From: Actinomycetota bacterium
GTDB taxonomy: Bacteria; Actinomycetota; CADDZG01; JAHWKV01; JAOPZY01
Assembly: GCA_025963875.1 (NCBI GenBank)
Contig: JAOPZY010000023.1
Location: forward strand, 1 to 59,472
Reading direction: 5' to 3'
Length of the DNA stretch: 59,472 bases
A model generated the notes under the pieces. The model ran no database searches and had not been told where the DNA came from. It saw nothing but the letters and a program-made list of their open reading frames with translations. Positions 18,151-26,124 of this stretch are shown here, piece by piece. Position 1 is the first letter of the stretch, and every line of letters starts with the position of its first letter. The translations under genes and the position numbers were made by a program.

Positions 18151-19802
18151 TCCAGGAACGGCTCCGGGGCCTGCTGGCAGAGGCGATCGGGGAGCTGCGT
18201 CGGGATGGCGTCATTCCCGACGGGGTGACGGCCCTGGCGGAGCTGCAGCGCCCCGCCCGGCCGGAGCACGGGGACTTCTCCACCAACGTCGCCCTCGTCC
18301 TGAGCGGCGAGCTCCAGACGCCACCTCGGGCGCTGGCCGACCGCATCGTGCAGGCGCTCCCCGACGCCGACTGGGTGGCAAAGGTGACCGTGGCAGGCCC
18401 GGGCTTCATCAACTTCTTCCTGACCCACGCCTGGCTGCAGGACACCCTCCGGGACATTGCACGGCTCCGTGAGCGGTACGGACGCTGGGACAGCTACGAC
18501 GACGTCGAGGACGGCAGGGTCCAGGTGGAGTTCGTCTCTGCCAACCCCACCGGCCCCCTCCACGTGGGGGCGGGCCGCAATGCTGCCTACGGCGATGCCC
18601 TGGCGAGGCTGCTGGAAGCCGCCGGCCACTCTGTGGACCGTGAGTACTACATCAACGACGCCGGGCGCCAGATCGACCTGTTCGGCCGGTCCCTCGAGGC
18701 GCGCTACCTGCAGGCGCTCGGCCGGGAGGCCGAGCTGCCCGCGGACGGCTACGCCGGCCAGTACCTGGTCGACCTCGGCGCCGAGCTCGCGGAAGCCCGC
18801 GGCGACGAGCTGGTCGGCCATCCCGAGGACATCCGCGCCTGGGGCGTCGAGCGGATGCTCGAGGGCATCCAGGCCACGCTGGAGCGCTTCGGGGTCCTAT
18901 TCGACACCTGGTTCTCCGAGCAGGTGCTCCACGACACCGGCAAGCTCACCGAGGCCCTCGGCCGCCTGCAGGATGCCGGCGTCACCTACGAGCTGGAGGG
19001 CGCGGTCTGGTTCCGCTCCACGCAGTTCGGCGACAGCCGCGACCGGGTCCTGGTCCGCTCGGACGGGAGGCCCACCTACCTGATGTCGGACACCGCCTAC
19101 CTCATCGACAAGGTCGAGCGGGGCTTCGATCACGCGGTCTACGTCTGGGGCGCCGACCACCACGGCGCCGTCGCCAGCCTGGAGGCGGTGCGGAGGGCGC
19201 TGAAGCTCCCGATCGTCGTCGAGATCCTGCTGTACCAGCTCGTCAACCTGTACTCGGGCGGCGAGGTCGTCCGCATGTCGAAGCGCACGGGCGAGATCGT
19301 CACCCTCGACGAGCTGATCGACGAGGTCGGCGCCGACGCCGCCCGGTTCACCTTCCTCCTGCGCTCGCTCGACGGCGCCCTGGACTTCGACCTCGACCTC
19401 GTGAAGGCGAAGTCCCAGGAGAACCCCGTCTACTACGTGCAGTACGCCTACGCCCGCATCTGCTCCATCTTGCGCACGGGAGCCGAGCGGGGCATCGCCC
19501 TCGGGCCCATCGAGGAGGCGCCCCTGGCGGAGCTCGTGCACGAATCGGAGCAGGCGCTCGCCCGGATGCTCTCGGAGTACCCCGAGACCGTGCTGGTCGC
19601 CGCCCGCCTGCGGGCGCCTCACCGCCTCACGACCTACACCCGGGAGCTCGCCGCTCTGTTCCATGCCTTCTACCGGGACTGCCGGGTGATCTCGGACGAT
19701 CCCCAACTCACGCAGGCGAGGCTCTGGCTGGCGGAGACAACCCGCCAGGTGCTCGCGAACGCCCTTGCCGTGCTCGGCGTCAGCGCGCCCGAGAAGATGT
19801 AG
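18147..19802 (+). CDS. argS: Arginyl-tRNA synthetase
   Basis: VEFVSANPTGPLHVG, WGADHHG, RMSKR, NPVYYVQYAYARI, APEKM terminus. Confidence 0.98.
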   Translation: MIQERLRGLLAEAIGELRRDGVIPDGVTALAELQRPARPEHGDFSTNVALVLSGELQTPPRALADRIVQALPDADWVAKVTVAGPGFINFFLTHAWLQDTLRDIARLRERYGRWDSYDDVEDGRVQVEFVSANPTGPLHVGAGRNAAYGDALARLLEAAGHSVDREYYINDAGRQIDLFGRSLEARYLQALGREAELPADGYAGQYLVDLGAELAEARGDELVGHPEDIRAWGVERMLEGIQATLERFGVLFDTWFSEQVLHDTGKLTEALGRLQDAGVTYELEGAVWFRSTQFGDSRDRVLVRSDGRPTYLMSDTAYLIDKVERGFDHAVYVWGADHHGAVASLEAVRRALKLPIVVEILLYQLVNLYSGGEVVRMSKRTGEIVTLDELIDEVGADAARFTFLLRSLDGALDFDLDLVKAKSQENPVYYVQYAYARICSILRTGAERGIALGPIEEAPLAELVHESEQALARMLSEYPETVLVAARLRAPHRLTTYTRELAALFHAFYRDCRVISDDPQLTQARLWLAETTRQVLANALAVLGVSAPEKM

Positions 19803-19807
19803 CCGCC

Positions 19808-21121
19808 GTGCCCCACACGCTGAAAGACGTCCTGCCGGTCACGGCGAGGGTCAACGACGCAGGTCATCTCGAGGTCGGCGGCTGCGACACCTGCGACCTG
19901 GCAGCGGAGTTCGGGACGCCGCTGTACGTCTTCGACGAGGCCACGTTCCGCACCCGTGCCCGGGAGCTGCGTGGCGCCTTCCCCGAGGCCAGCCTGTACT
20001 TCGCCGCCAAGGCCTGCCCGGCCCTCGCCGTCCTTCAGCTCGCCGCGGCGGAGGGCCTGGGCGTCGACGTCGCCTCGGCCGGAGAGATGCACGCGGCCCT
20101 TGCCGCCCGGGTGCCGCCGGCCCGCATGACGCTCCACGGCAACAACAAGGCGGACGCCGACATCGTCCGGGCCGTGGCGGTAGGGCTCGGCCGGATCGCC
20201 GTGGACAACTTCGACGACATCGACCGGGTTGCCGCAGCGGCGGCGGAGGCCGGACGCCGGCAGGCGATCCTGCTGCGGGTCACGCCCGGCGTCGAGGCCC
20301 ACACCCACACGCACATCCAGACGGGCCAGGCGGACTCGAAGTTCGGCCTGTCGATCGAGGCGGGTCTCGCCATGTCCGGCGTCGAGCGGGCCGACGCCTA
20401 CGACACCCTCGACCTGGTCGGGATCCACGCCCACATCGGGTCGAACATCTTCTCCTACGATCCGTTCGGCAAGACCGTCGAGATCCTGTTCGACTTCCTC
20501 GCCGATGTGGAGAAAGTGCTGGGCCTCACCGTCGAGGAGGTCAACCTGGGCGGGGGGCTCGGGATCCCGTACGTCGCCGGCGACTTCCCGATCCGCCTCG
20601 ATCTGCTGGCCAAGCTGATCGCCGAGACGGCCGAGCAGGAGGCCGCTCGCCACGCCATCCCGGTTCCCCGTCTGGCGTTCGAGCCGGGACGGTTCCTGGT
20701 GGGCAACGCCATGGTCACGCTCTACTCGGTCGGCGTGGTGAAGGAGATCCCCGGGATGCGGACCTACGTCTCGGTGGACGGGGGCATGAGCGACAACATC
20801 CGGCCCGCGCTGTACCAGGCCCGCTACGCCGCCCTCCTCGCGAACAAGGCCCTCGAGGAGCCGGGAAGGACGGTGACCGTGGCGGGGATGCACTGCGAGT
20901 CGGGCGACATCCTGGTGCGCGACGTCGGCCTTCCCGCGTCGGTCCGGCGTGGCGACGTCCTCGCCGTCCCGGCGACCGGCGCCTACGGGTACTCGATGGC
21001 GTCCAACTACAACCGCCAGCCCCGGTCGGCGGTCGTGCTGGTCAGGGACGGGGCGGCGCACACGATCGTGCGGCGAGAGAGCCTCGAGGACCTTCTGCGG
21101 CTGGAGAGCCCCCTGCCCTAG
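19808..21121 (+). CDS. lysA: Diaminopimelate decarboxylase
   Basis: GTPLYV, YFAAKA, HGNNK, HIGS, EPGR, HCESGD, GAYGYSMASNYN. Confidence 0.97.
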   Translation: MPHTLKDVLPVTARVNDAGHLEVGGCDTCDLAAEFGTPLYVFDEATFRTRARELRGAFPEASLYFAAKACPALAVLQLAAAEGLGVDVASAGEMHAALAARVPPARMTLHGNNKADADIVRAVAVGLGRIAVDNFDDIDRVAAAAAEAGRRQAILLRVTPGVEAHTHTHIQTGQADSKFGLSIEAGLAMSGVERADAYDTLDLVGIHAHIGSNIFSYDPFGKTVEILFDFLADVEKVLGLTVEEVNLGGGLGIPYVAGDFPIRLDLLAKLIAETAEQEAARHAIPVPRLAFEPGRFLVGNAMVTLYSVGVVKEIPGMRTYVSVDGGMSDNIRPALYQARYAALLANKALEEPGRTVTVAGMHCESGDILVRDVGLPASVRRGDVLAVPATGAYGYSMASNYNRQPRSAVVLVRDGAAHTIVRRESLEDLLRLESPLP

Positions 21122-21204
21122 CAATCCCCCGTCGCCTGGGCCTGGAGAGCATTTTCTGGGTAGAGCTTCTCGGGAAGCGGGGGCCGATCGATCGAGGAGG
21201 TGCC

Positions 21205-21711
21205 ATGCGCAGCGGAAAGAAGATGGGGATCATCGGCGGCATCGCCAGCCTGGCCGTCGTGGCAGCCGTGGTCGTCGCCGGACCGGTCTTTGCCCGAGAG
21301 TCGGGAAAGGGCTCGGGAAAGGCGAACGTGTTCGTCGGCAAGATGACCGGCGGCATGGAAGTCCCGCCGGCGGAGCCGACCGCCACCGCCCGGGCCGTCA
21401 TCACGTTGAAGCCGTCGAGCGACACCGTCTGCTTCCGCCTGCACTGGGACGGGCTGACCTCGGTCACCGCCGCCCATATCCACTCCGGAGCAGCCGGCGT
21501 CACCGGATCCGTCGTCGTCCCCTTCTTCAACGCTCCGATCCCCGACACGATCTCGAGCGTCGGGGGCTGCGTGCACGGCGTCGACCCTGCGCTGATCCAG
21601 GACATCCACGACAACCCGTCCGGGTACTACGTCAACGTGCACGACGCCGCATTCCCCGGGGGAGCGGTCCGCGACCAACTCCATCCGGCCGGGAAACACG
21701 ATGACGACTAG
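21205..21711 (+). CDS. Secreted CHRD-domain protein
   Basis: RBS GAGGAGG, signal peptide, EVPP, AAHIH, YYVNVH..FPGG.VR.QL. Confidence 0.9.
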   Translation: MRSGKKMGIIGGIASLAVVAAVVVAGPVFARESGKGSGKANVFVGKMTGGMEVPPAEPTATARAVITLKPSSDTVCFRLHWDGLTSVTAAHIHSGAAGVTGSVVVPFFNAPIPDTISSVGGCVHGVDPALIQDIHDNPSGYYVNVHDAAFPGGAVRDQLHPAGKHDDD

Positions 21712-21950
21712 GACCTGTTGAACAACCCGACTTTCGTCAACGATCCCCCACACCCTGGCGCGGGAGGCGCCCCGGCGGAGCCGAAACGGGGCCGTTTCGA
21801 ATCGAGTGCGAACTGCTTAGCCTCGTTCTCCCGTCTGGGGCGGTCCGACCCGGCGGAACACATCTGCATGCAACTACGGCTGCCAGTCGTCGCTCTTCGC
21901 CAGCCAGCCCCAGTGGTCGGCGGACAAGCCGCCGCTCAGTGCCTGGTACT
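21709..21950 (-). mobile_element. Possible IS end / degenerate IS remnant
   Basis: TAGGACCTGTTGAACAA resembles IS5/IS1182-type terminal repeats; no partner end or transposase found. Confidence 0.3.
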
Positions 21951-21972
21951 GACAGGAAGCGGGGGGGATTCG

Positions 21973-22020
21973 GAAGTCCGGAAGAAATCGCGTGTATCCA
22001 CGCGAAAAGTTCCGGACTTC
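21973..22020. repeat. 48-bp palindromic element
   Basis: Minus strand: GAAGTCCGGAA-CTTTT-CGCGTG-GATA-CACGCG-ATTTC-TTCCGGACTTC; both stems perfect. Confidence 0.85.
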
Positions 22021-22051
22021 GCTCCCTACTAGGCCGCCGCTGGTGCGTCCG

Positions 22052-22810
22052 TCAGGCGTCGAAGCTGCCCACCGACTCCCGGAGCGACGCCAGCGTCTTG
22101 GCCAGGAGGCGGGACACGTGCATCTGCGAGATCCCGAGCTTCTCGGCGATCTTGCTCTGCGTTTCGTTCGCGACGAAGCGTAGGTACAGGATCTCCCGCT
22201 CGCGGGGGGGCAGCTTCTTCAACAGGGGCGCCACGCTGGCCCACGACTCGAAGAGCTCCAGGGCCTCGTCCTCCGCCCCCAGCTGGGAAATGGAGAGGCT
22301 GCCGTCGTCGGTGCCCGTCGGGGCGTCCAGCGACTTGAGCGAGTAGACCTGGGCAGCGTTCATCGCCTCCAGCACCTCCTCCTCCGAGAACCCCAGCGAG
22401 TCCCCGATCTCCCGCAGCGTCGGGGACCGGCCCAGCTCCTGGGCCAGGGCCGGCACGACCTCGGCGAGCTGCAGGCCCACCTCCTGGAGGCGGCGGGGCA
22501 CGCGGATCGCCCAGCCCTTGTCACGGAAGTAGCGCTTCAACTCCCCGACGATGGTGGGGGTCGCGTAGGTGGAGAACTCGACACCCCGATCGGAGTCGAA
22601 GCGGTCGATGGCCTTCAGCAGGCCCAGGCTGGCCACCTGGATGAGGTCCTCCAGCGGCTCGCCCCGGCCGCGGAAACGGCGGGCGAGGTACTCGACCAGG
22701 GGCAGGTGGAGCTCGACGAGCCGGTCTCGGGCCGTCGGGTCCCTCGGGAGCCGCTCGAAGAGTTCCCGCGTGCGCTCCCGGTTGAGGTCGCGCTGTTCGG
22801 TGTCGGTCAT
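22052..22810 (-). CDS. SigB/SigF/SigG family sigma factor
   Basis: EDLIQVASLGLLKAIDRFD, FSTYATPTIVGELKRYFRD, GISQMHVSRLL. Confidence 0.95.
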   Translation of the reverse strand: MTDTEQRDLNRERTRELFERLPRDPTARDRLVELHLPLVEYLARRFRGRGEPLEDLIQVASLGLLKAIDRFDSDRGVEFSTYATPTIVGELKRYFRDKGWAIRVPRRLQEVGLQLAEVVPALAQELGRSPTLREIGDSLGFSEEEVLEAMNAAQVYSLKSLDAPTGTDDGSLSISQLGAEDEALELFESWASVAPLLKKLPPREREILYLRFVANETQSKIAEKLGISQMHVSRLLAKTLASLRESVGSFDA

Positions 22811-22841
22811 TGGCGGGGTCCCCTTGGGCCAAAGATAGCCG

Positions 22842-23249
22842 TCAACGTTCCGTGGCGCTCTCCCGCGCCGGTCCGCTGAGGACGAGACGGATGGCGGGAC
22901 ACCCCTCCTCGACCACGAACGACACGTCGTCGACGAGGCCGGCCAGGATCCTCCACGCAAGCGTCCGCTGGGCAGGCGGGGGCCACGTCGGCACCACGGC
23001 ATCCGTCATAACGGTGATGTCGATGTCGTTCTCAGCCCGCACCCGGACGGACAGCCTGCCTCCGCGGACGGCGTCGCCGTCTGCGGGCGTCAAACCGAGC
23101 AGATAGGCGGCTGCCTCGCTGGCAGCGAGGCACAACTCGTTGATGGCGTCGTAACTGAGGCCCTGGCGGGCACCCACCCCCGACACCACCGCGCGGACGA
23201 CGTGCAGAAAGTCCGGCTTCGCCGGAACACTCAGTGAGACGTCGCCCAT
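22842..23249 (-). CDS. RsbW-like anti-sigma factor (degenerate HATPase)
   Basis: VSLSVPAKPDFLHVVR...INELCLAASEA, WRILAGLVDDV; directly upstream of the sigma gene. Confidence 0.8.
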   Translation of the reverse strand: MGDVSLSVPAKPDFLHVVRAVVSGVGARQGLSYDAINELCLAASEAAAYLLGLTPADGDAVRGGRLSVRVRAENDIDITVMTDAVVPTWPPPAQRTLAWRILAGLVDDVSFVVEEGCPAIRLVLSGPARESATER

Positions 23250-23358
23250 GGTCTTGACCTCGACGGTGTTCACCCCCAGTGATTTCACCCCAGGACTGTC
23301 CCCGGAGTCGAGACCTGGCAAACCACACCAGGAACTGCTGCCTGCCATTGTGCGCATT

Positions 23359-23383
23359 GTTTTCCAACCTCGCTGCCGGGTAG
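23359..23383 (+). promoter_or_regulatory. SigB/SigF-type promoter
   Basis: GTTT-N15-GGGTAG, 11 nt before the STAS gene ATG. Confidence 0.6.
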
Positions 23384-23394
23384 GCTTTGCGCGA

Positions 23395-23808
23395 ATGGAG
23401 TCCCAGGGACACGTGGCCCGCCAGGAGAGCGACGCGAACGCGCTCCAACCGTTCGCCGTGGCTTCCCGCACCGAGGGTGGCTGGACGGTCATCGACGTCC
23501 GTGGGGACCTCGACGTCTACAGCTCCCCCACCCTGCGGCAGCTGATCCTCGACCGCATCCACCGGGGCGACGGCAGGATCATCGTCGATCTGGAGCACGT
23601 GGACTTCCTGGACTCCGCTGGTGTGTCGGTGATGGTCAGCGCCCTCAGGCAGGCGACGAACCGCAATGGGACGCTCGCCCTGGTCCAGCCGGGCGACCAG
23701 GCGCGCCGTATGCTGAGGCTGACGGATCTCGAAAAGGTGCTGCCAACCTTCACCTCGGTGGAGGACGCCGTCAGCCTGGGACTGCCGGACATGGGAGCGG
23801 AGACGTGA
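23395..23808 (+). CDS. STAS anti-anti-sigma factor (RsbV-like)
   Basis: GDLDVYSSP.LR, VDLEHVDFLDSAG with the phosphoacceptor Ser. Confidence 0.92.
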   Translation: MESQGHVARQESDANALQPFAVASRTEGGWTVIDVRGDLDVYSSPTLRQLILDRIHRGDGRIIVDLEHVDFLDSAGVSVMVSALRQATNRNGTLALVQPGDQARRMLRLTDLEKVLPTFTSVEDAVSLGLPDMGAET

Positions 23809-24233
23809 CCGAAGACGATCTGCTGGAGCTGCAGATACCGCCGCAGGCGGAGTACGTGGGAACGGCTCGCCTGTTCCTCGCGGCCGCCGGACGCCATTTC
23901 GAGCTGAGCGAGGAGGCGGTCGCGGACGTGAAGGTCGCCGTATCCGAAGTGTGCGCCGACGCCATCGAGGACCTTCGCCGCCCCGAGCACCTGAGGATCG
24001 CCATTCGCCCCGGCGTCGACGCGCTGGAAGTCGCCGTCTCCTCGGAACCTGCCGGGATCGAGGCCGACCTCGAGGACACCACGCCGCCTGCTGGTGAGAT
24101 GGCCCCGTTCGAGCGCCGCCTCAGGGAGCCGCTGGTGCATGCCCTCTTCCCCCACGCCGACTACCAGCCCCGGCAGCACAGGCTGCGGCTGTCGCTGCCC
24201 TGGGAGTTGCCAGAGGACATCGAGGGACCCTGA
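23805..24233 (+). CDS. Second RsbW-like anti-sigma factor (degenerate HATPase)
   Basis: LELQIPPQAEYVGTARLF...DVKVAVSEVCADAI; GTGA overlap with the STAS gene. Confidence 0.82.
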   Translation: MTEDDLLELQIPPQAEYVGTARLFLAAAGRHFELSEEAVADVKVAVSEVCADAIEDLRRPEHLRIAIRPGVDALEVAVSSEPAGIEADLEDTTPPAGEMAPFERRLREPLVHALFPHADYQPRQHRLRLSLPWELPEDIEGP

Positions 24234-24262
24234 AGGCACGCTCTCCCTTTATGCTGTGACCC

Positions 24263-25276
24263 GTGGGGGGGCGGAAGGCATGGCTGTTCGTAGGCTCCCT
24301 CGCTGCGCTGGCGGCCACCCCCCGCGGCCGCAGCGCCCTCAAAGGCGCCTTGGTGCTGAGTGAGGTCCTTCCGTCCCCCCTTCATCCTTTGTCGTGGGCC
24401 TCACGGCGTCCTCGGGCCAGCCGTATCGACCTGCCGCATGGCCCCGCCGACCTCTACGAGGGAAGATCGGGGGCGCCGGGGATCGTGCTCGTGCACGGCG
24501 CCAACGCCGGGGGGATCGACGACCCGAGGGTCCGGGACCTCGCGCAGGCCTTCTGCCGCGTGGGCCGGACCGTCCTGGCGCCGTCGCTTGTCCTCGCCGA
24601 GCGGCGGATGGACGCCGATGACGGCCTGCGCATCCTCGATGCCATCGACGAGCTTGCCGACCGGACCGGCCCCGTCGTGGTGGTCGCCTTCTCGTACGGC
24701 GGCGCCCTCGCCCTCTGCGCGCTGGCCCAGCGCCCGTCGATCCAGGCCCGCGTGCGGAGCCTCGCCACAATCGGCACCTACTACGACGTCGTGCACCTCA
24801 TCGAAGGAGTGACGACCGGCAGCGTCTGCGTGAACGGGAGCCTCTATCCGTGGCAGCCCCCTGCTGCGGCGTTGGGCGAGGTCGGCCCGCTGCTGGGCGA
24901 TTTCCTCGGCGGCCGGAGGCTGGAGGTGGTGGAGGAGATCCTCGCCAACCGCGACCCCCGCCGGACCGCACCGCTCATCGCCCAGCTCCCCGACGACGTC
25001 CGGGGCATGCTCGACCGGATCTCCCCCGCGAGACACGTCGACGCCATCCGGGTGCCCGTGCTGGCGCTGCACAGCCGGCTTGACCCCGCCGCCCCGGCCA
25101 TCGAGTCGGCGCAACTCGTTGCGGCGGTGCGTCGACGGGCCCGCTCCCGGCTGACCCTGGTCGGGTCGTTGCGCCATGTGACGCCGGTGGGGACCCTGTT
25201 GGGGTGGGTGCGGGATGCGCCCGGCCTGGTCCGGTTTGCCGCCTCGATCCTGCGGGCCCAGGAGCGCTGGGCCTAG
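24263..25276 (+). CDS. Alpha/beta hydrolase fold protein
   Basis: VLVHG, AFSYGG nucleophile elbow, LHSRLD, LRHV; TATGCT 7 nt before GTG (leaderless). Confidence 0.82.
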   Translation: MGGRKAWLFVGSLAALAATPRGRSALKGALVLSEVLPSPLHPLSWASRRPRASRIDLPHGPADLYEGRSGAPGIVLVHGANAGGIDDPRVRDLAQAFCRVGRTVLAPSLVLAERRMDADDGLRILDAIDELADRTGPVVVVAFSYGGALALCALAQRPSIQARVRSLATIGTYYDVVHLIEGVTTGSVCVNGSLYPWQPPAAALGEVGPLLGDFLGGRRLEVVEEILANRDPRRTAPLIAQLPDDVRGMLDRISPARHVDAIRVPVLALHSRLDPAAPAIESAQLVAAVRRRARSRLTLVGSLRHVTPVGTLLGWVRDAPGLVRFAASILRAQERWA

Positions 25277-25368
25277 GGCGCGCCCGAATAGGGCGTAGCT
25301 GAAGGGAACGACCGGTCCTCCTGCCGCTCAGATGCGGTTTCTAGTGAGAGGGCGCGAGCGGGGGCTCG

Positions 25369-25417
25369 GTTCTTTGCGCATGGCGTCGCGGCAACCGCAA
25401 CGTGGTTCGCAGAGAAC
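25369..25417. repeat. 49-bp palindromic element
   Basis: GTTCTTTGCG...CGTCGCGG-CAA-CCGCAACG...CGCAGAGAAC. Confidence 0.65.
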
Positions 25418-25437
25418 GTCCGCCGCCGGCCCCAAAA

Positions 25438-25489
25438 AAACGTTTGAGTAAATCCCGCCCCTATGGGGGCAGAAAATGCTCAAACGTTT
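25438..25489. repeat. About 50-bp palindromic element
   Basis: AAACGTTTGAG...GCCCC-TATG-GGGGC...CTCAAACGTTT. Confidence 0.75.
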
Positions 25490-25524
25490 ATAGAATAGCG
25501 TTATGGAGCCTTGGATGGCTCAGG

Positions 25525-26107
25525 CTACACGCCAGCTTCGGTTCCGAGCAGTGCTCCCACCTCGATGACGAGGTCGGGAAGGGCCTGGGGGGAGATCCGC
25601 TCGCCGGCAACGTAGCGCCGGAATTCCTGGTAGCCCTCCTTGTCCGGGGTGTGGGACGCCTCGATGCAACCCTCCTGGAGATTGACGATCCAGCACTCCG
25701 GGACCCCGAAGCGGGCGTAGAGCGGGAGCTTCCTCAGGCGGTCGTAGCGGATCGAGCTGTCGGCGACCTCGATCAACAGCAGGACGTCGTCCCCGATGGG
25801 GTGAGCGTCGGTGTAAAAGGTCGGGCGCGGCTTGAGCAGTATCAGGTCGGGCTGCGGCATCGAGCGGTCCCCGAGGGTGCAGGGGATTCTGAGGCCAGAC
25901 CACTGCCCGTTCGCCGGCGCCGCGAACAAGCAGGGTGAGGAGGTGGGCGACGGTGCCCGCGTGCGGACAGCCGATCGGCGCCATCTGGATGATCTCGCCC
26001 TCGATGAGCTCGACCCGCTCGTCGGGAAGGAGGATGTCTGACTCGCCCATCCGCAGGTATTCCTCGACCGTGAAGCGGCGAGGCCGGGGTTCCAGTGCCG
26101 TTGCCAT
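25525..26107 (-). pseudogene. Uma2 (DUF820) PD-(D/E)XK endonuclease, frameshifted
   Basis: N-half RRFTVEEY...RVELIEGEI..MAP is in one frame and C-half PQPD...LLIEVADSS...K..LYA..GVPE.WIV in another; one extra C in CAC-C-CTC at 25875-25877. Confidence 0.88.
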
Positions 26108-26124
26108 GGCAGTGATCGTAACGC

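Noticed and set aside
19765-21204. Long N-terminal extension of the CHRD ORF (648 aa)
   Set aside because: Off-frame overlap with lysA; the real start is ATG 21205 with RBS and signal peptide.
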